Positions 26,120 through 34,041 of a DNA stretch of 56,295 nt are shown here, piece after piece (position 1 is the stretch's first letter; each line of letters begins with the position of its first letter). Both the position numbers and the translations under genes were made by a program. This DNA is from a virus. Lineage: Duplodnaviria > Caudoviricetes. Location of the stretch: positions 1-56,295 of IMG/VR virus record IMGVR_UViG_3300036832_000712; one strand, given 5' to 3'. The notes under the pieces were generated by a model. It did no database searches. It had not been told where the DNA came from and was given only the letters and a program-made list of their open reading frames with translations.

Positions 26120-26797
26120 TTAGTCGAATCTCAGCCAGAAGTGTTCCTCCTTGGTGATCATATCGAACCCACGCGCGGCAACAGCCACGCGCTGATCTGT
26201 TGTCAGCGCGCTGAACGGAGTCGCAACAAAATCGAGCACCGGCAGGGGCAGCCGCGTGCCCGTAACAGGTTCGGGCTGCATCTGCAGCCACACCTTGCAC
26301 GCATCGGTGAGTTCACCGATGTGCTTGCGTTGATCGTACGTCAGCGGCTGCGGATAGTGCCGTATGATCGGCTGGCCGACCGGCATGGCACCGGGGCCGG
26401 CGTAGTAGGCGGTGACGTTACGTTGGTTAGTCACCAGAAACCGTTCCGGAATTGGCGACGGCGTGTTCTCCGTAGTCAGCCAAGTATCAAGTGACACCGC
26501 ACGCTTGTGATCGAGATCAAGCAATAGCGTCTGCATCCCCTTGTGATTAAGATGCGACCAGGGAATGGGCTTGTCCTTGCCCGGAACGTACAGTCGCGGG
26601 CAGGCATCGTCGCCGGTGGCGACGATCCGGATGTGCAGGTCGTTGTAGGTCCTGCGCTGATCCGGGCGCCAGTGACGGTAGCATACGACGAACTCGCCGG
26701 TGTCGAACTGGACGAACGTGTTGTACACGTGATCGACGTGGAACGCGCTCCAGGCGTCCCAGTGCATCTTGGAGTAATCGAAAGCAGGTAAGTGCAT
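26120..26797 (-). CDS. Hypothetical early protein (first gene after a strong promoter)
   Basis: 225 aa; AAAGGAG RBS. Confidence 0.65.
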   Translation of the reverse strand: MHLPAFDYSKMHWDAWSAFHVDHVYNTFVQFDTGEFVVCYRHWRPDQRRTYNDLHIRIVATGDDACPRLYVPGKDKPIPWSHLNHKGMQTLLLDLDHKRAVSLDTWLTTENTPSPIPERFLVTNQRNVTAYYAGPGAMPVGQPIIRHYPQPLTYDQRKHIGELTDACKVWLQMQPEPVTGTRLPLPVLDFVATPFSALTTDQRVAVAARGFDMITKEEHFWLRFD

Positions 26798-26835
26798 TTG
26801 GTTGGTCTCCTTTCAGTGATTGGTTGAGTGAGTTG

Positions 26836-26854
26836 GTGTTACATCATGTAACAC
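26836..26854. promoter_or_regulatory. 19-bp palindrome copy 8 (in the leader downstream of the promoter)
   Basis: GTGTTACA-TCA-TGTAACAC, about 40 bp downstream of the -10 box at 26893. Confidence 0.85.
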
Positions 26855-26892
26855 CTTTTCGGTGGCGGATATCTGATCCACCACCAACAAAC

Positions 26893-26921
26893 ATCATAGC
26901 ACAAAACTTGTTGTTTGTCAA
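26893..26921 (-). promoter_or_regulatory. Near-consensus sigma70 promoter
   Basis: TTGACA-N17-TATGAT on the minus strand, with an A-rich upstream tract. Confidence 0.8.
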
Positions 26922-26951
26922 GGGGTTATCGGCGTTTTTTCGACTTATTTT

Positions 26952-27140
26952 CTACCCCTCGTCAGACGGAGGTTTCGCCTGATCGAGCTCGTTCACCGCC
27001 TGCTGCAGGTCCAGCACCACGTGCAACAACAACTCGATGGCGTCGGCCTGCCAGCGGGTGTAGCTGACCATCTGGTTGGCGCTCGTGTTGTGCGCGTCCA
27101 GGTCCTGCTTGCGCAGCAGCATCTGCTGGATCGAGATCAT
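26952..27140 (-). CDS. Small coiled-coil hypothetical protein
   Basis: MISIQQMLLRK...; GGAG RBS. Confidence 0.5.
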   Translation of the reverse strand: MISIQQMLLRKQDLDAHNTSANQMVSYTRWQADAIELLLHVVLDLQQAVNELDQAKPPSDEG

Positions 27141-27244
27141 TTGATTCTCCAGCTCATGAAGGCGTGCACGGCGACCGCTATGATCCAGATCATCACGCAC
27201 ATGAGCAGGACGGCCGCCAGCACGCTGATGATGTATCCGGTCAT
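27137..27244 (-). CDS. Single-TM peptide (35 aa)
   Basis: MTGYIISVLAAVLLMCVMIWIIAVAVHAFMSWRIK; GAGG RBS and ATGA overlap. Confidence 0.45.
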   Translation of the reverse strand: MTGYIISVLAAVLLMCVMIWIIAVAVHAFMSWRIK

Positions 27245-27256
27245 GGCAGTGACGCC

Positions 27257-27433
27257 TCAGATGAACTCTTTCTGTTCCGCGAGCCATTCCGGCATCGTGA
27301 AGGTGCCGTCCTCGTTGTTCTCGACCTGGGACTTGGGCACCCATGCCGTGCGGGTGCCGTCGAACAGCAAATAAGCGTTATCTGTCTCGTGGCGAATCTC
27401 GGCGGCGATCTCTATCAACGGGCTGTCGCTCAC
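27257..27433 (-). CDS. Small phage protein (58 aa)
   Basis: GTG start; HETDNAYL...WVPKSQ...MPEWLAEQK pattern. Confidence 0.6.
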   Translation of the reverse strand: MSDSPLIEIAAEIRHETDNAYLLFDGTRTAWVPKSQVENNEDGTFTMPEWLAEQKEFI

Positions 27434-27651
27434 AGTGTAACATCCACCTGCTTGGCGCCGGCATGGCGTAGGATCAGCCGGGCTAGCTCGATCGCCTGGT
27501 GATCCGGCAGCGCGAACCACGAGACGTCCTTGCCGAAGTTCACGTGCACGTTGCCTCTATTGTCGTGAGTCACGCCGATCCGCAGTTCGCCCTCGTCGTG
27601 CGGCCCGAAAGAACCGTGCGGGAACTTGCCGGTGGCGCCTAGCTTGTTCAT
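27430..27651 (-). CDS. Small phage protein (73 aa)
   Basis: MNKLGATGKFPHG...DEGELRIG...FGKDVSW; AGGAG RBS. Confidence 0.65.
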   Translation of the reverse strand: MNKLGATGKFPHGSFGPHDEGELRIGVTHDNRGNVHVNFGKDVSWFALPDHQAIELARLILRHAGAKQVDVTL

Positions 27652-27884
27652 CGTAACTCCTGCGAGCGCGCGTACGGAGCGCGCATTAGCTGCGGGGCTT
27701 TTTTCTGGATGATCTGGTGCACGCGCTGGAACGATACGCCGAAGCGATCGGCGCACGCGCGCAATGAATGCCCATCGGCGTAATAGGCGATGACCTGCGC
27801 CGGCTGGTGGTGGCGGCTGCGCAGGCTGCCGCACTTGCGCAGATAGTCAGTCAGCATCTGCTTTGACCGTTTGCGTGCACGCAT
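27648..27884 (-). CDS. Small HTH DNA-binding protein
   Basis: SLRACADRFGVSFQRVHQII helix-turn-helix. Confidence 0.6.
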   Translation of the reverse strand: MRARKRSKQMLTDYLRKCGSLRSRHHQPAQVIAYYADGHSLRACADRFGVSFQRVHQIIQKKAPQLMRAPYARSQELR

Positions 27885-28105
27885 CAGTTAGCCAGTTCCC
27901 AATCGGTCGCCAGCAGGTCGGTCTGCGAGCACAGCCACGGCACCAGATCACCTTGCGCAGTGAACATATAAACGTAAGGCAGCGTCATCTTGGAGTGCTC
28001 ATCAGGGGATTGTAGCTCCAAGTACATGTACTTGCCGTTCCAGCCCGAGCGGCGTACACGTTTGCCGTTTTGTATTGATTTGACCGCCCAGCCGATGCTG
28101 TTCAT
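27884..28105 (-). CDS. tad2: DUF2829 / Tad2-like anti-defence sponge protein
   Basis: GKRVRRSGWNGKYMYL...LPYVYM...VPWLCSQTDLLATDW is the DUF2829 signature; GGAG RBS. Confidence 0.8.
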   Translation of the reverse strand: MNSIGWAVKSIQNGKRVRRSGWNGKYMYLELQSPDEHSKMTLPYVYMFTAQGDLVPWLCSQTDLLATDWELAN

Positions 28106-28323
28106 GCTGTAACTCCCTTCACGGCCCACATGGCCGCGTCCTCGAAATGCGTCTGGGCAAGGGAAAACAGGCGGATCGCCTCGCCGCTGGTGGTCTGCTT
28201 CTTGAAGTCCTCGCATAGGTCGATCAGATCAGCGGCGCGCATCTTGATGTTCTCGACGTCTTGATTGGCGCTCGGATTGAACGAAAGCCGCACGCGGGAT
28301 TGTCCTAACGTCTGCTCGGTCAT
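28102..28323 (-). CDS. Acb2/Tad1-like helical-hairpin protein
   Basis: RLFSLAQTHFEDAAMWAVKG resembles the R..SLA.T..E.A.MW motif of Tad1/Acb2 sponges; translationally coupled to the Tad2-like gene. Confidence 0.55.
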   Translation of the reverse strand: MTEQTLGQSRVRLSFNPSANQDVENIKMRAADLIDLCEDFKKQTTSGEAIRLFSLAQTHFEDAAMWAVKGVTA

Positions 28324-28417
28324 GGCTCTTTTCCCTTTTGGTTTGTTGTTGGGCGAGGCGATTGGAGGGACACTCACAATCACCTCGCCCGCGCCCGTCA
28401 CACAGGGGTCAGCTGCG

Positions 28418-28993
28418 TTACACCTGACGAGCGTTCTTCTCTTGGCGTTTGCGACGACTCAGCCATCCCATCAGCCCGAGACCGCCAGCGAACAGTGGCA
28501 GGGCAGCGGGGAGCGGCGTGGTCTCCAGCTGGAAGTTGGACTGGCCGATCGGGCCATTGACCCCGGATGCCTGGAGCTCGAAGAAGTAGTCCACCCCGGC
28601 CATCAGGGACACCACGTCGGTGTTGTTGTTGGCGGCGAAGTTGCCGGCAACCACCGTGCCGTTGACAGTATCCCGGGTGATCCTGAAGATTTCAGCGACG
28701 AAGCTCGGCAGATCGTTCGCCGGGTTGTTGAGCACGTCGACGTTGACCAGGGTGCCGTTGGCGCCGGATACAGTGAACTCGACGAAGTCGCTGAGGAACG
28801 ACGGCGCCGTGGTCGACTGCAGCGTGCCGGCAAGCTCGGTCGGGCTGACCGCCCCGACCGTTCCCTGCGACGGCGCAGGGCCAGTAAATGACAGCCCGTT
28901 CTGGACCAGATTGATGGTGGCGGCGTTAGCGGCGGTGACCATTAATCCCAGAGTCAGGGCAGCGCCGGCAGCGAGAAGGCTTCTCATAGTCAT
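28418..28993 (-). CDS. Secreted protein with VPLPA-CTERM (PEP-CTERM-type) sorting signal
   Basis: Signal peptide ending in ANA; C-terminal TPLPAALPLFAGGLGLMGWLSRRKR (motif, TM helix, basic tail). Confidence 0.85.
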   Translation of the reverse strand: MTMRSLLAAGAALTLGLMVTAANAATINLVQNGLSFTGPAPSQGTVGAVSPTELAGTLQSTTAPSFLSDFVEFTVSGANGTLVNVDVLNNPANDLPSFVAEIFRITRDTVNGTVVAGNFAANNNTDVVSLMAGVDYFFELQASGVNGPIGQSNFQLETTPLPAALPLFAGGLGLMGWLSRRKRQEKNARQV

Positions 28994-29430
28994 AGAGTAT
29001 CCTTTCCGTTGGGTTCAAACTTCTTTTGGAACTCAGCGCATACCGCCCTGATCTCCTTCGAGACCTGGGCGGTGTGCTCGATGTTGGCATAGGCCAGCCT
29101 GCCTTTCTCGCGGATGGCGCTGGCGGCCTCGGCCAAAAGCTTCATGTCCTTGTCGCACTCATTGAGCGAAGTTTCCAGAGCCAGGATGCGCTCCTTGACC
29201 GCCTCACCCATGGCCTCGACGTTCTTGGCTGCCTGCTCGTACTGACTCTGCACAGCCTTGGCAGACAGCCGTCCGATGTCGGCGTCCCGCGCCGCGGGAA
29301 TCTCCGGCAGCGGCTTCGGCTTGGGAGCGAAGTCAGATAGTTGTCCCACGTCGCCGTCGTTGAGGTCGATGCGATTGCCGCGCTCGCCATGCCGTACGAT
29401 GTTGGTCATTTTTCGTTTGCTCCTTTTCAA
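28990..29430 (-). CDS. Coiled-coil hypothetical protein
   Basis: 146 aa, coupled to both neighbours. Confidence 0.55.
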   Translation of the reverse strand: MKRSKRKMTNIVRHGERGNRIDLNDGDVGQLSDFAPKPKPLPEIPAARDADIGRLSAKAVQSQYEQAAKNVEAMGEAVKERILALETSLNECDKDMKLLAEAASAIREKGRLAYANIEHTAQVSKEIRAVCAEFQKKFEPNGKDTL

Positions 29431-29726
29431 TCCTGCTCGTTGCTGCTGGTATCGTAGATGCGCAAGCCCGGGTGCTGGCGGAACATCAGCTCGTTGATGT
29501 AGGGCGACAGGGTGTTGGTGAATACGGCGCCGAGCGCGCAGCCGGCGTGCTCGCGCAGATAGTTGTTGCGCCAGCGCCAGTTCTCGTACTTGATCTTGTG
29601 GATGAGGAACATCGCCGCCTGATAGAACAGCTTGGCCAGATGATCGGCGCGGCTGGCGCTGCAGCCGAGCCGCGACTCAAGATGACGATAAATGCCGGCA
29701 GTCGTCATCGTACGCGGATTATGCAT
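29427..29726 (-). CDS. Hypothetical protein
   Basis: 99 aa, coupled to neighbours. Confidence 0.5.
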   Translation of the reverse strand: MHNPRTMTTAGIYRHLESRLGCSASRADHLAKLFYQAAMFLIHKIKYENWRWRNNYLREHAGCALGAVFTNTLSPYINELMFRQHPGLRIYDTSSNEQD

Positions 29727-30694
29727 CAGCGCACGCTCACGCTAGCCTTGGCTTTGCCACGCATTGCCCGTTCCCGGTTCGCTGCTCTGACTTTTTCTCG
29801 CGCCGCCATCAGTTCCTCGTAGGTCCTGGGGATGTCGCGTCTGAACGCAGTCGGGCTCTCCTTCTCGTCGAGCACGCGCTTTTCAAGCTCGGTGAACAGC
29901 CGAAAGGCTTCCTCGTAGCGGCGCAGCAGGCGTGGCCGCTCGTCCTCGGTCGAAGCGAGCAGGCCAATGAGCCGGTCGGGATGCAGGCAGGCAAGTATCT
30001 TCTTGTAGGTGACGCCATCCATTACGCCCTTGCGGTTCGCGATCGAGCGTTCGAGGTCCTTCAATTGTTGTAGGTATGAAGGCAGGCTCACGTCATTGAG
30101 GCGGCGGCGGCACTCCAGCATCACCCGCTCTTCGAAGCCGCCCTCCAGCTTGCGCTGCTCTTGCCGCTTCCAGGCATCGACCTTCTGCTGCGCCGTCATC
30201 GACAAGTCGGCACGGGCAACCTGCGGCTCGCGTCGGATATTTTCTTCTGCGACCGCCACCTTGACTGGCTGCACCGATTTAAGGCCGACCTCGTTTTTTG
30301 CTTGTTCGTAGGTCATGCCTCGATCGAGCACGAGCGTCGCAGCGGCTTGTGCCTTCTGCGGTTCGGTCGTGCGGCGCGCCGGCTGCGGCCCACTACGACG
30401 CTGCCCGCTGCCCTTGGGGCGGCCGGCGCTTTTCTTGCGGCCGAGCGTGTCCTTGCCGCGGCCTTTGACATTAACGACAGTCGTTAATGTCTCGCAGTCG
30501 TTACTGATCGTGTCCTGGCTCACGCCAAGCTGCCTGGCAATAGCTTGCTGGCTGTAATCCTGCTTGCGCAGCTGCTCGACTATCGGCCGGCGTCTAGCCG
30601 GTGTTTTCTGGTCATCAGGCAAGCTGTGCCACGATGCCAGCAGGCAATTGTCGGGGCAGGTCCGATCACCACCCATAGGGCATACGCATTTCAT
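29726..30694 (-). CDS. HTH DNA-binding protein with a C-terminal HPD (J-domain-like) segment
   Basis: YSQQAIARQLGVSQDTISND helix-turn-helix; AT-hook-like GRPKG; YKKILACLHPDR...YEEAFRLF. Confidence 0.6.
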   Translation of the reverse strand: MKCVCPMGGDRTCPDNCLLASWHSLPDDQKTPARRRPIVEQLRKQDYSQQAIARQLGVSQDTISNDCETLTTVVNVKGRGKDTLGRKKSAGRPKGSGQRRSGPQPARRTTEPQKAQAAATLVLDRGMTYEQAKNEVGLKSVQPVKVAVAEENIRREPQVARADLSMTAQQKVDAWKRQEQRKLEGGFEERVMLECRRRLNDVSLPSYLQQLKDLERSIANRKGVMDGVTYKKILACLHPDRLIGLLASTEDERPRLLRRYEEAFRLFTELEKRVLDEKESPTAFRRDIPRTYEELMAAREKVRAANRERAMRGKAKASVSVR

Positions 30695-30716
30695 GGTAAG
30701 TCACTCCCAAGGAAAG

Positions 30717-30742
30717 AAGGGCCGGGGAAATTCCCGGCCCTT
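30717..30742 (-). terminator. Intrinsic terminator-like hairpin
   Basis: aagggccggg-gaaatt-cccggccctt, followed by ctttcctt on the minus strand. Confidence 0.55.
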
Positions 30743-30749
30743 GAATTTT

Positions 30750-31334
30750 CTACGCCGGCTCCTGAAACAGCGGCGGAGTATAGCCGGCTTCGCCGAGAGC
30801 GTCGGTCGCTTCCTCGCGTTGCTGGCGGCCGATGTTGTAGCGCCGTTGCGCAACCCTCATGGCGCGGACGATGGTGGTCAGATTCTCACCGGCCACCAAC
30901 GGGCTGTGATTGTCATCCTTGGCGTATTGACGGATAATGCGCGCGGCCTCGAAGTCGTCGGCCTCCAAGCTGCCTTCAACAGCCTGGGAGTCGTAGAGGG
31001 CATCGAGGTACTTCATGAAGCTCTGCTCGGGCCAGAGCTTCAGCAGAATCTCTTCGACATAGTCGTTGATGTTGCGTTTCCGCTTCAGCCTGTACTGCGC
31101 AACCAAGCTCTCTCGGGTGGCCGGCAGCGGAACCGGCCGTTTGAGAGGTCCAGTGCCTTGAGTCATCTCGTCCTCCTGTCGAGCGCGTGTCAGGCCAGCC
31201 CGCACCCGCCGCTGGCGCTCGGCAACGGTCATCGCACGTCTTCCAATCGGTGGCCGGCCCATGAATGTCACATTACTCGCAAAAGGAATAGTGTGACAAT
31301 AGCCGGCGGAAAATAATTTTGCCAACTGGCGCAT
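30750..31334 (-). CDS. Hypothetical protein (start uncertain, possibly 31262)
   Basis: GRPPIGRRAMTVAERQRR basic motif. Confidence 0.5.
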   Translation of the reverse strand: MRQLAKLFSAGYCHTIPFASNVTFMGRPPIGRRAMTVAERQRRVRAGLTRARQEDEMTQGTGPLKRPVPLPATRESLVAQYRLKRKRNINDYVEEILLKLWPEQSFMKYLDALYDSQAVEGSLEADDFEAARIIRQYAKDDNHSPLVAGENLTTIVRAMRVAQRRYNIGRQQREEATDALGEAGYTPPLFQEPA

Positions 31335-31343
31335 GTGCGCCAG

Positions 31344-31679
31344 TTAGCGGAACGCGCAATGCCATGAACGTCCGTTATCGGTCATAACCTTCCACCCATG
31401 GTGGCGGGTGCAGACGTCGGCTGTACGGGTGGCGACCGGCTTCGGGACAGGCTCCAGGACGGGCTGGGGAGGCTCTGGAGCGGCCTGCGCCAAAGGCGCA
31501 GGGTCAGGTACTCTCCAGGGCGCAAACGGCACCGGCGCCTCCGGCGCAGGCCGCAGGCGGTCGCCCTTGTGGGATGGAAGGTCCGGAGCCGGGTGTGGCG
31601 TTGCCGAAGGCAGCGCCAGCAGCGCCGCCACCGCGGCGCCGCTCATGAGGCCAGCCGGTAGCAGGGTGCGCAGGATCAT
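31344..31679 (-). CDS. Exported Pro-rich protein
   Basis: Hydrophobic N-terminus, KGDRL motif and C-terminal C..HHGWK...SWHC. Confidence 0.55.
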   Translation of the reverse strand: MILRTLLPAGLMSGAAVAALLALPSATPHPAPDLPSHKGDRLRPAPEAPVPFAPWRVPDPAPLAQAAPEPPQPVLEPVPKPVATRTADVCTRHHGWKVMTDNGRSWHCAFR

Positions 31680-32254
31680 TTCGCTTCCCCGTCCCGGTGC
31701 AGCCAGCCGATGCGCGGTGCGCCGGTGTAGTTTTTCTCGAACACCAGCCAAACGAAGTCCTGCGTGCCGCCACTAGGTTTGTTGCCCTTAGCGATCCACG
31801 AGCCGGGCGGCATGGATGGCCGCGGGGTGAGCAGCCAGATACGAGACAACGGCATGTGCTGCAGCCAGTGCGCGGCGTTGAGCCGTCGCAAGAGGCAGAT
31901 CATCGCCACCTTCCTGGCACCGAGTCTCAGCGCGTGCTCGGCGAACTCCTGCACGAGATCAAACGGTGGATTGGTCACCACGTTGCCGACGATCAGTCGG
32001 CGTTGGGTCAGGAAGTCGCACTTATCGAAGGAGCTATACCGGGGTGCGCCGCGATTGACGATGTCGGCGCCGCTCACTGCGTAACCAGCGGTGCGCGCTT
32101 CCTTGAGGATGGTCCCCCAGCCGCAGGCGGGATCGTGGATGCTGTAGCCGGCGAATTTCTCGACCTCGAACAGGCGGCGCGAGACCCAGGCGGGCTCCAC
32201 ATAGTGCCCATTTTTCTCTTTGGCGAAGATGTGCGAGTCACGGGAGCGCTTCAT
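31676..32254 (-). CDS. Amino-DNA methyltransferase (N6-adenine type, small phage form)
   Basis: SAM-binding DPACGWG and catalytic TNPPF motifs. Confidence 0.8.
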   Translation of the reverse strand: MKRSRDSHIFAKEKNGHYVEPAWVSRRLFEVEKFAGYSIHDPACGWGTILKEARTAGYAVSGADIVNRGAPRYSSFDKCDFLTQRRLIVGNVVTNPPFDLVQEFAEHALRLGARKVAMICLLRRLNAAHWLQHMPLSRIWLLTPRPSMPPGSWIAKGNKPSGGTQDFVWLVFEKNYTGAPRIGWLHRDGEAK

Positions 32255-32477
32255 GGTCCCTCACTTCCGCCGCAAAGCGTGAGTGGGGTGAACGAAGCGG
32301 TGCACCAGGATGGGGGAAGGTGAGCGCGCCGGCCAATGACCGGATTTCCGGGGCGGGGGGGCTGGGGGAAGCCGGCTGACCTGTGCCGGCGCGCTCGTCG
32401 CTAGATATCAGCCTGTGCGCCTGCGCGCGCAAGGGTCTTCTGATTTTCATCCACAGGGGTATGCTGGGGTCGGGCAT
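32238..32477 (-). CDS. Hypothetical protein behind a structured leader
   Basis: MPDPSIP...; AGGAAG RBS within the leader element. Confidence 0.35.
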   Translation of the reverse strand: MPDPSIPLWMKIRRPLRAQAHRLISSDERAGTGQPASPSPPAPEIRSLAGALTFPHPGAPLRSPHSRFAAEVRDHEALP

Positions 32478-32577
32478 GGCGACTTCCTGTCAGGATTGCC
32501 GTGTCAAGTCGTGGCGGACTCAGACGCTGGCGCGACCTGAGTCCGTCGCGCATCCATCCTTTTCTCCCTCCCTTAGG

Positions 32578-32603
32578 AAAAAGCGCGGCCCTTGCGAGCC
32601 GCG
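32578..32603 (-). terminator. Intrinsic terminator after the VPLPA-CTERM gene
   Basis: Minus strand cgcggctc-gcaa-gggccgcg followed by cttttt. Confidence 0.65.
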
Positions 32604-32617
32604 AGTCAGGGGAGGAT

Positions 32618-33256
32618 TTAGGCTAGAGCTTTGCGGCGGCGCGTGAGCCAGCCCATGAGGCCCAGTCCGCCGAACATCAGCGGCAGCGATGCCGGCAGCG
32701 GCGTGGCCACCAGCGGTCCGGCCACGTCGATGCGGTAGTGCTCGTAGTCGGTGATCTCGCCAGTGGCATCGACCAGCGTCAAGAGGTTCATGGTCTCGCC
32801 GTTGATAGCGGTGAGGGTGAAGCCTGATTGCGCGTTGGCGGTGATCTGACCGAGGTCGATGTTGAAAGTGCCATCGGTGGCCTGCACGATGGCGTGCACG
32901 TCGCCACTTCCCTTCAAGCTGAACACCTGCGTCGAGGTGGTCAGCACCTGGGTGTCGGAGGTGTTGGAAAACACCTCGATCTGAAGATCAGATGTGTTGG
33001 AGATTTTTATGTCGTTGCCATTGGCGGCGCCGGCGAACAGTGAATTGCCGGAGAGGTCACTGAAGTTCACCACGCCAGTGTGCTGGCCATTGAACTGGCC
33101 GATAGCGAGGCTGCCGGCGAAGCTCTCGAAGGTGACATTGTCGCCGGTGCCCGAGAGCATGGGGCTCATGACGACGTCGGCATGCGCTGTTACGAGCGCC
33201 ACCGGCGCGAGCGCAAAAGCGCAGGCGAGCGTGAGCGCGAGCAGGGTCTTACGCAT
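32618..33256 (-). CDS. Second secreted protein with VPLPA-CTERM sorting signal
   Basis: Signal peptide ending in AHA; C-terminal TPLPASLPLMFGGLGLMGWLTRRRK. Confidence 0.85.
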   Translation of the reverse strand: MRKTLLALTLACAFALAPVALVTAHADVVMSPMLSGTGDNVTFESFAGSLAIGQFNGQHTGVVNFSDLSGNSLFAGAANGNDIKISNTSDLQIEVFSNTSDTQVLTTSTQVFSLKGSGDVHAIVQATDGTFNIDLGQITANAQSGFTLTAINGETMNLLTLVDATGEITDYEHYRIDVAGPLVATPLPASLPLMFGGLGLMGWLTRRRKALA

Positions 33257-33269
33257 ATGCTTGGTTCCC

Positions 33270-33301
33270 TTGGTTGGTTGGTTGGTTGGTTGGTTGGTTG
33301 G
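33270..33301. repeat. (TTGG)8 microsatellite, read as (CCAA)8 in the mRNA leader
   Basis: Directly visible, immediately upstream of the RBS of 32618..33256. Confidence 0.9.
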
Positions 33302-33313
33302 TCGTTGATCAAG

Positions 33314-33332
33314 GTGTTACATGATGTAACAC
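33314..33332. promoter_or_regulatory. 19-bp palindrome copy 9
   Basis: GTGTTACA-TGA-TGTAACAC, 8 nt past the stop at 33341. Confidence 0.85.
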
Positions 33333-33340
33333 CTGCCTGC

Positions 33341-33892
33341 TTACGTCTTGGGCCCACCCTCCGGCGGCGGCACGGCGATCGGATGCTCGGGATGGGGTGC
33401 CTGTGTCGGTACGTCCACCAGGAACCAGACGCCGCCGATGCCGGGGATGTAGACGAAGACCAGCTGCTTGACGCCGCCGGGACCGGAGACGCCCGGGATG
33501 TAGATCGGATGCGACGGCGTCAGGCCATTTCCCGGCTCCGGAGGCTGCTCGCCGGGAGGGATAGGAATCACGATGGGGTGGGTCGGCCGCGGATCAGTCG
33601 GTCCCCAGATGCCGGGCGGCTGGCCGGGACCAGGACTTCCCCCGGGCGCGATCGGCGGCATCACCCACGGGGGCAGCGAACCAGGGCCGCCCCAGATGCC
33701 CGGAGGCTGGCCTGCGGGTGGAGAGCCTCCTGGCGCGATCGGGTGGGCCGGATGTCCGGGACTCGGCCAAATGCCGGGCGGCGGACCACCCGGAGCGATC
33801 GGGTGCGCGGGCCAGCCGGGCACGCCGAAGCCGGGATCGACCGGGCCAGATGATCCGACCGGCAGGATGTAGGCTAGAAAACCGCTGCTCAT
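33341..33892 (-). CDS. Pro/Gly-rich repeat protein (HPIAPGG..PPGIW repeats)
   Basis: GGAGG RBS before MSSGFLAYIL; repeated HPI(A/V/Y) and PPGIW motifs. Confidence 0.7.
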   Translation of the reverse strand: MSSGFLAYILPVGSSGPVDPGFGVPGWPAHPIAPGGPPPGIWPSPGHPAHPIAPGGSPPAGQPPGIWGGPGSLPPWVMPPIAPGGSPGPGQPPGIWGPTDPRPTHPIVIPIPPGEQPPEPGNGLTPSHPIYIPGVSGPGGVKQLVFVYIPGIGGVWFLVDVPTQAPHPEHPIAVPPPEGGPKT

Positions 33893-33926
33893 TTTCGAGT
33901 CCTCCATGTGTTTGTGTGTGTATTTT

Positions 33927-34034
33927 TCAAGGAATAATTCCGACACCGGACCAGCGGTGCAGGATCGCCACCGCCAGCATGATTAGCACGAACGTGCCGA
34001 TTACGAAAACCCATAGTGGCACATGATTGCGCAT
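33927..34034 (-). CDS. Single-TM peptide (35 aa)
   Basis: MRNHVPLWVFVIGTFVLIMLAVAILHRWSGVGIIP. Confidence 0.4.
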   Translation of the reverse strand: MRNHVPLWVFVIGTFVLIMLAVAILHRWSGVGIIP

Positions 34035-34041
34035 CTGACGA

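Noticed and set aside
31324-31345. 10-bp inverted repeat aactggcgca-tg-tgcgccagtt
   Set aside because: Single occurrence at a gene boundary; I cannot tell operator, terminator or chance apart.
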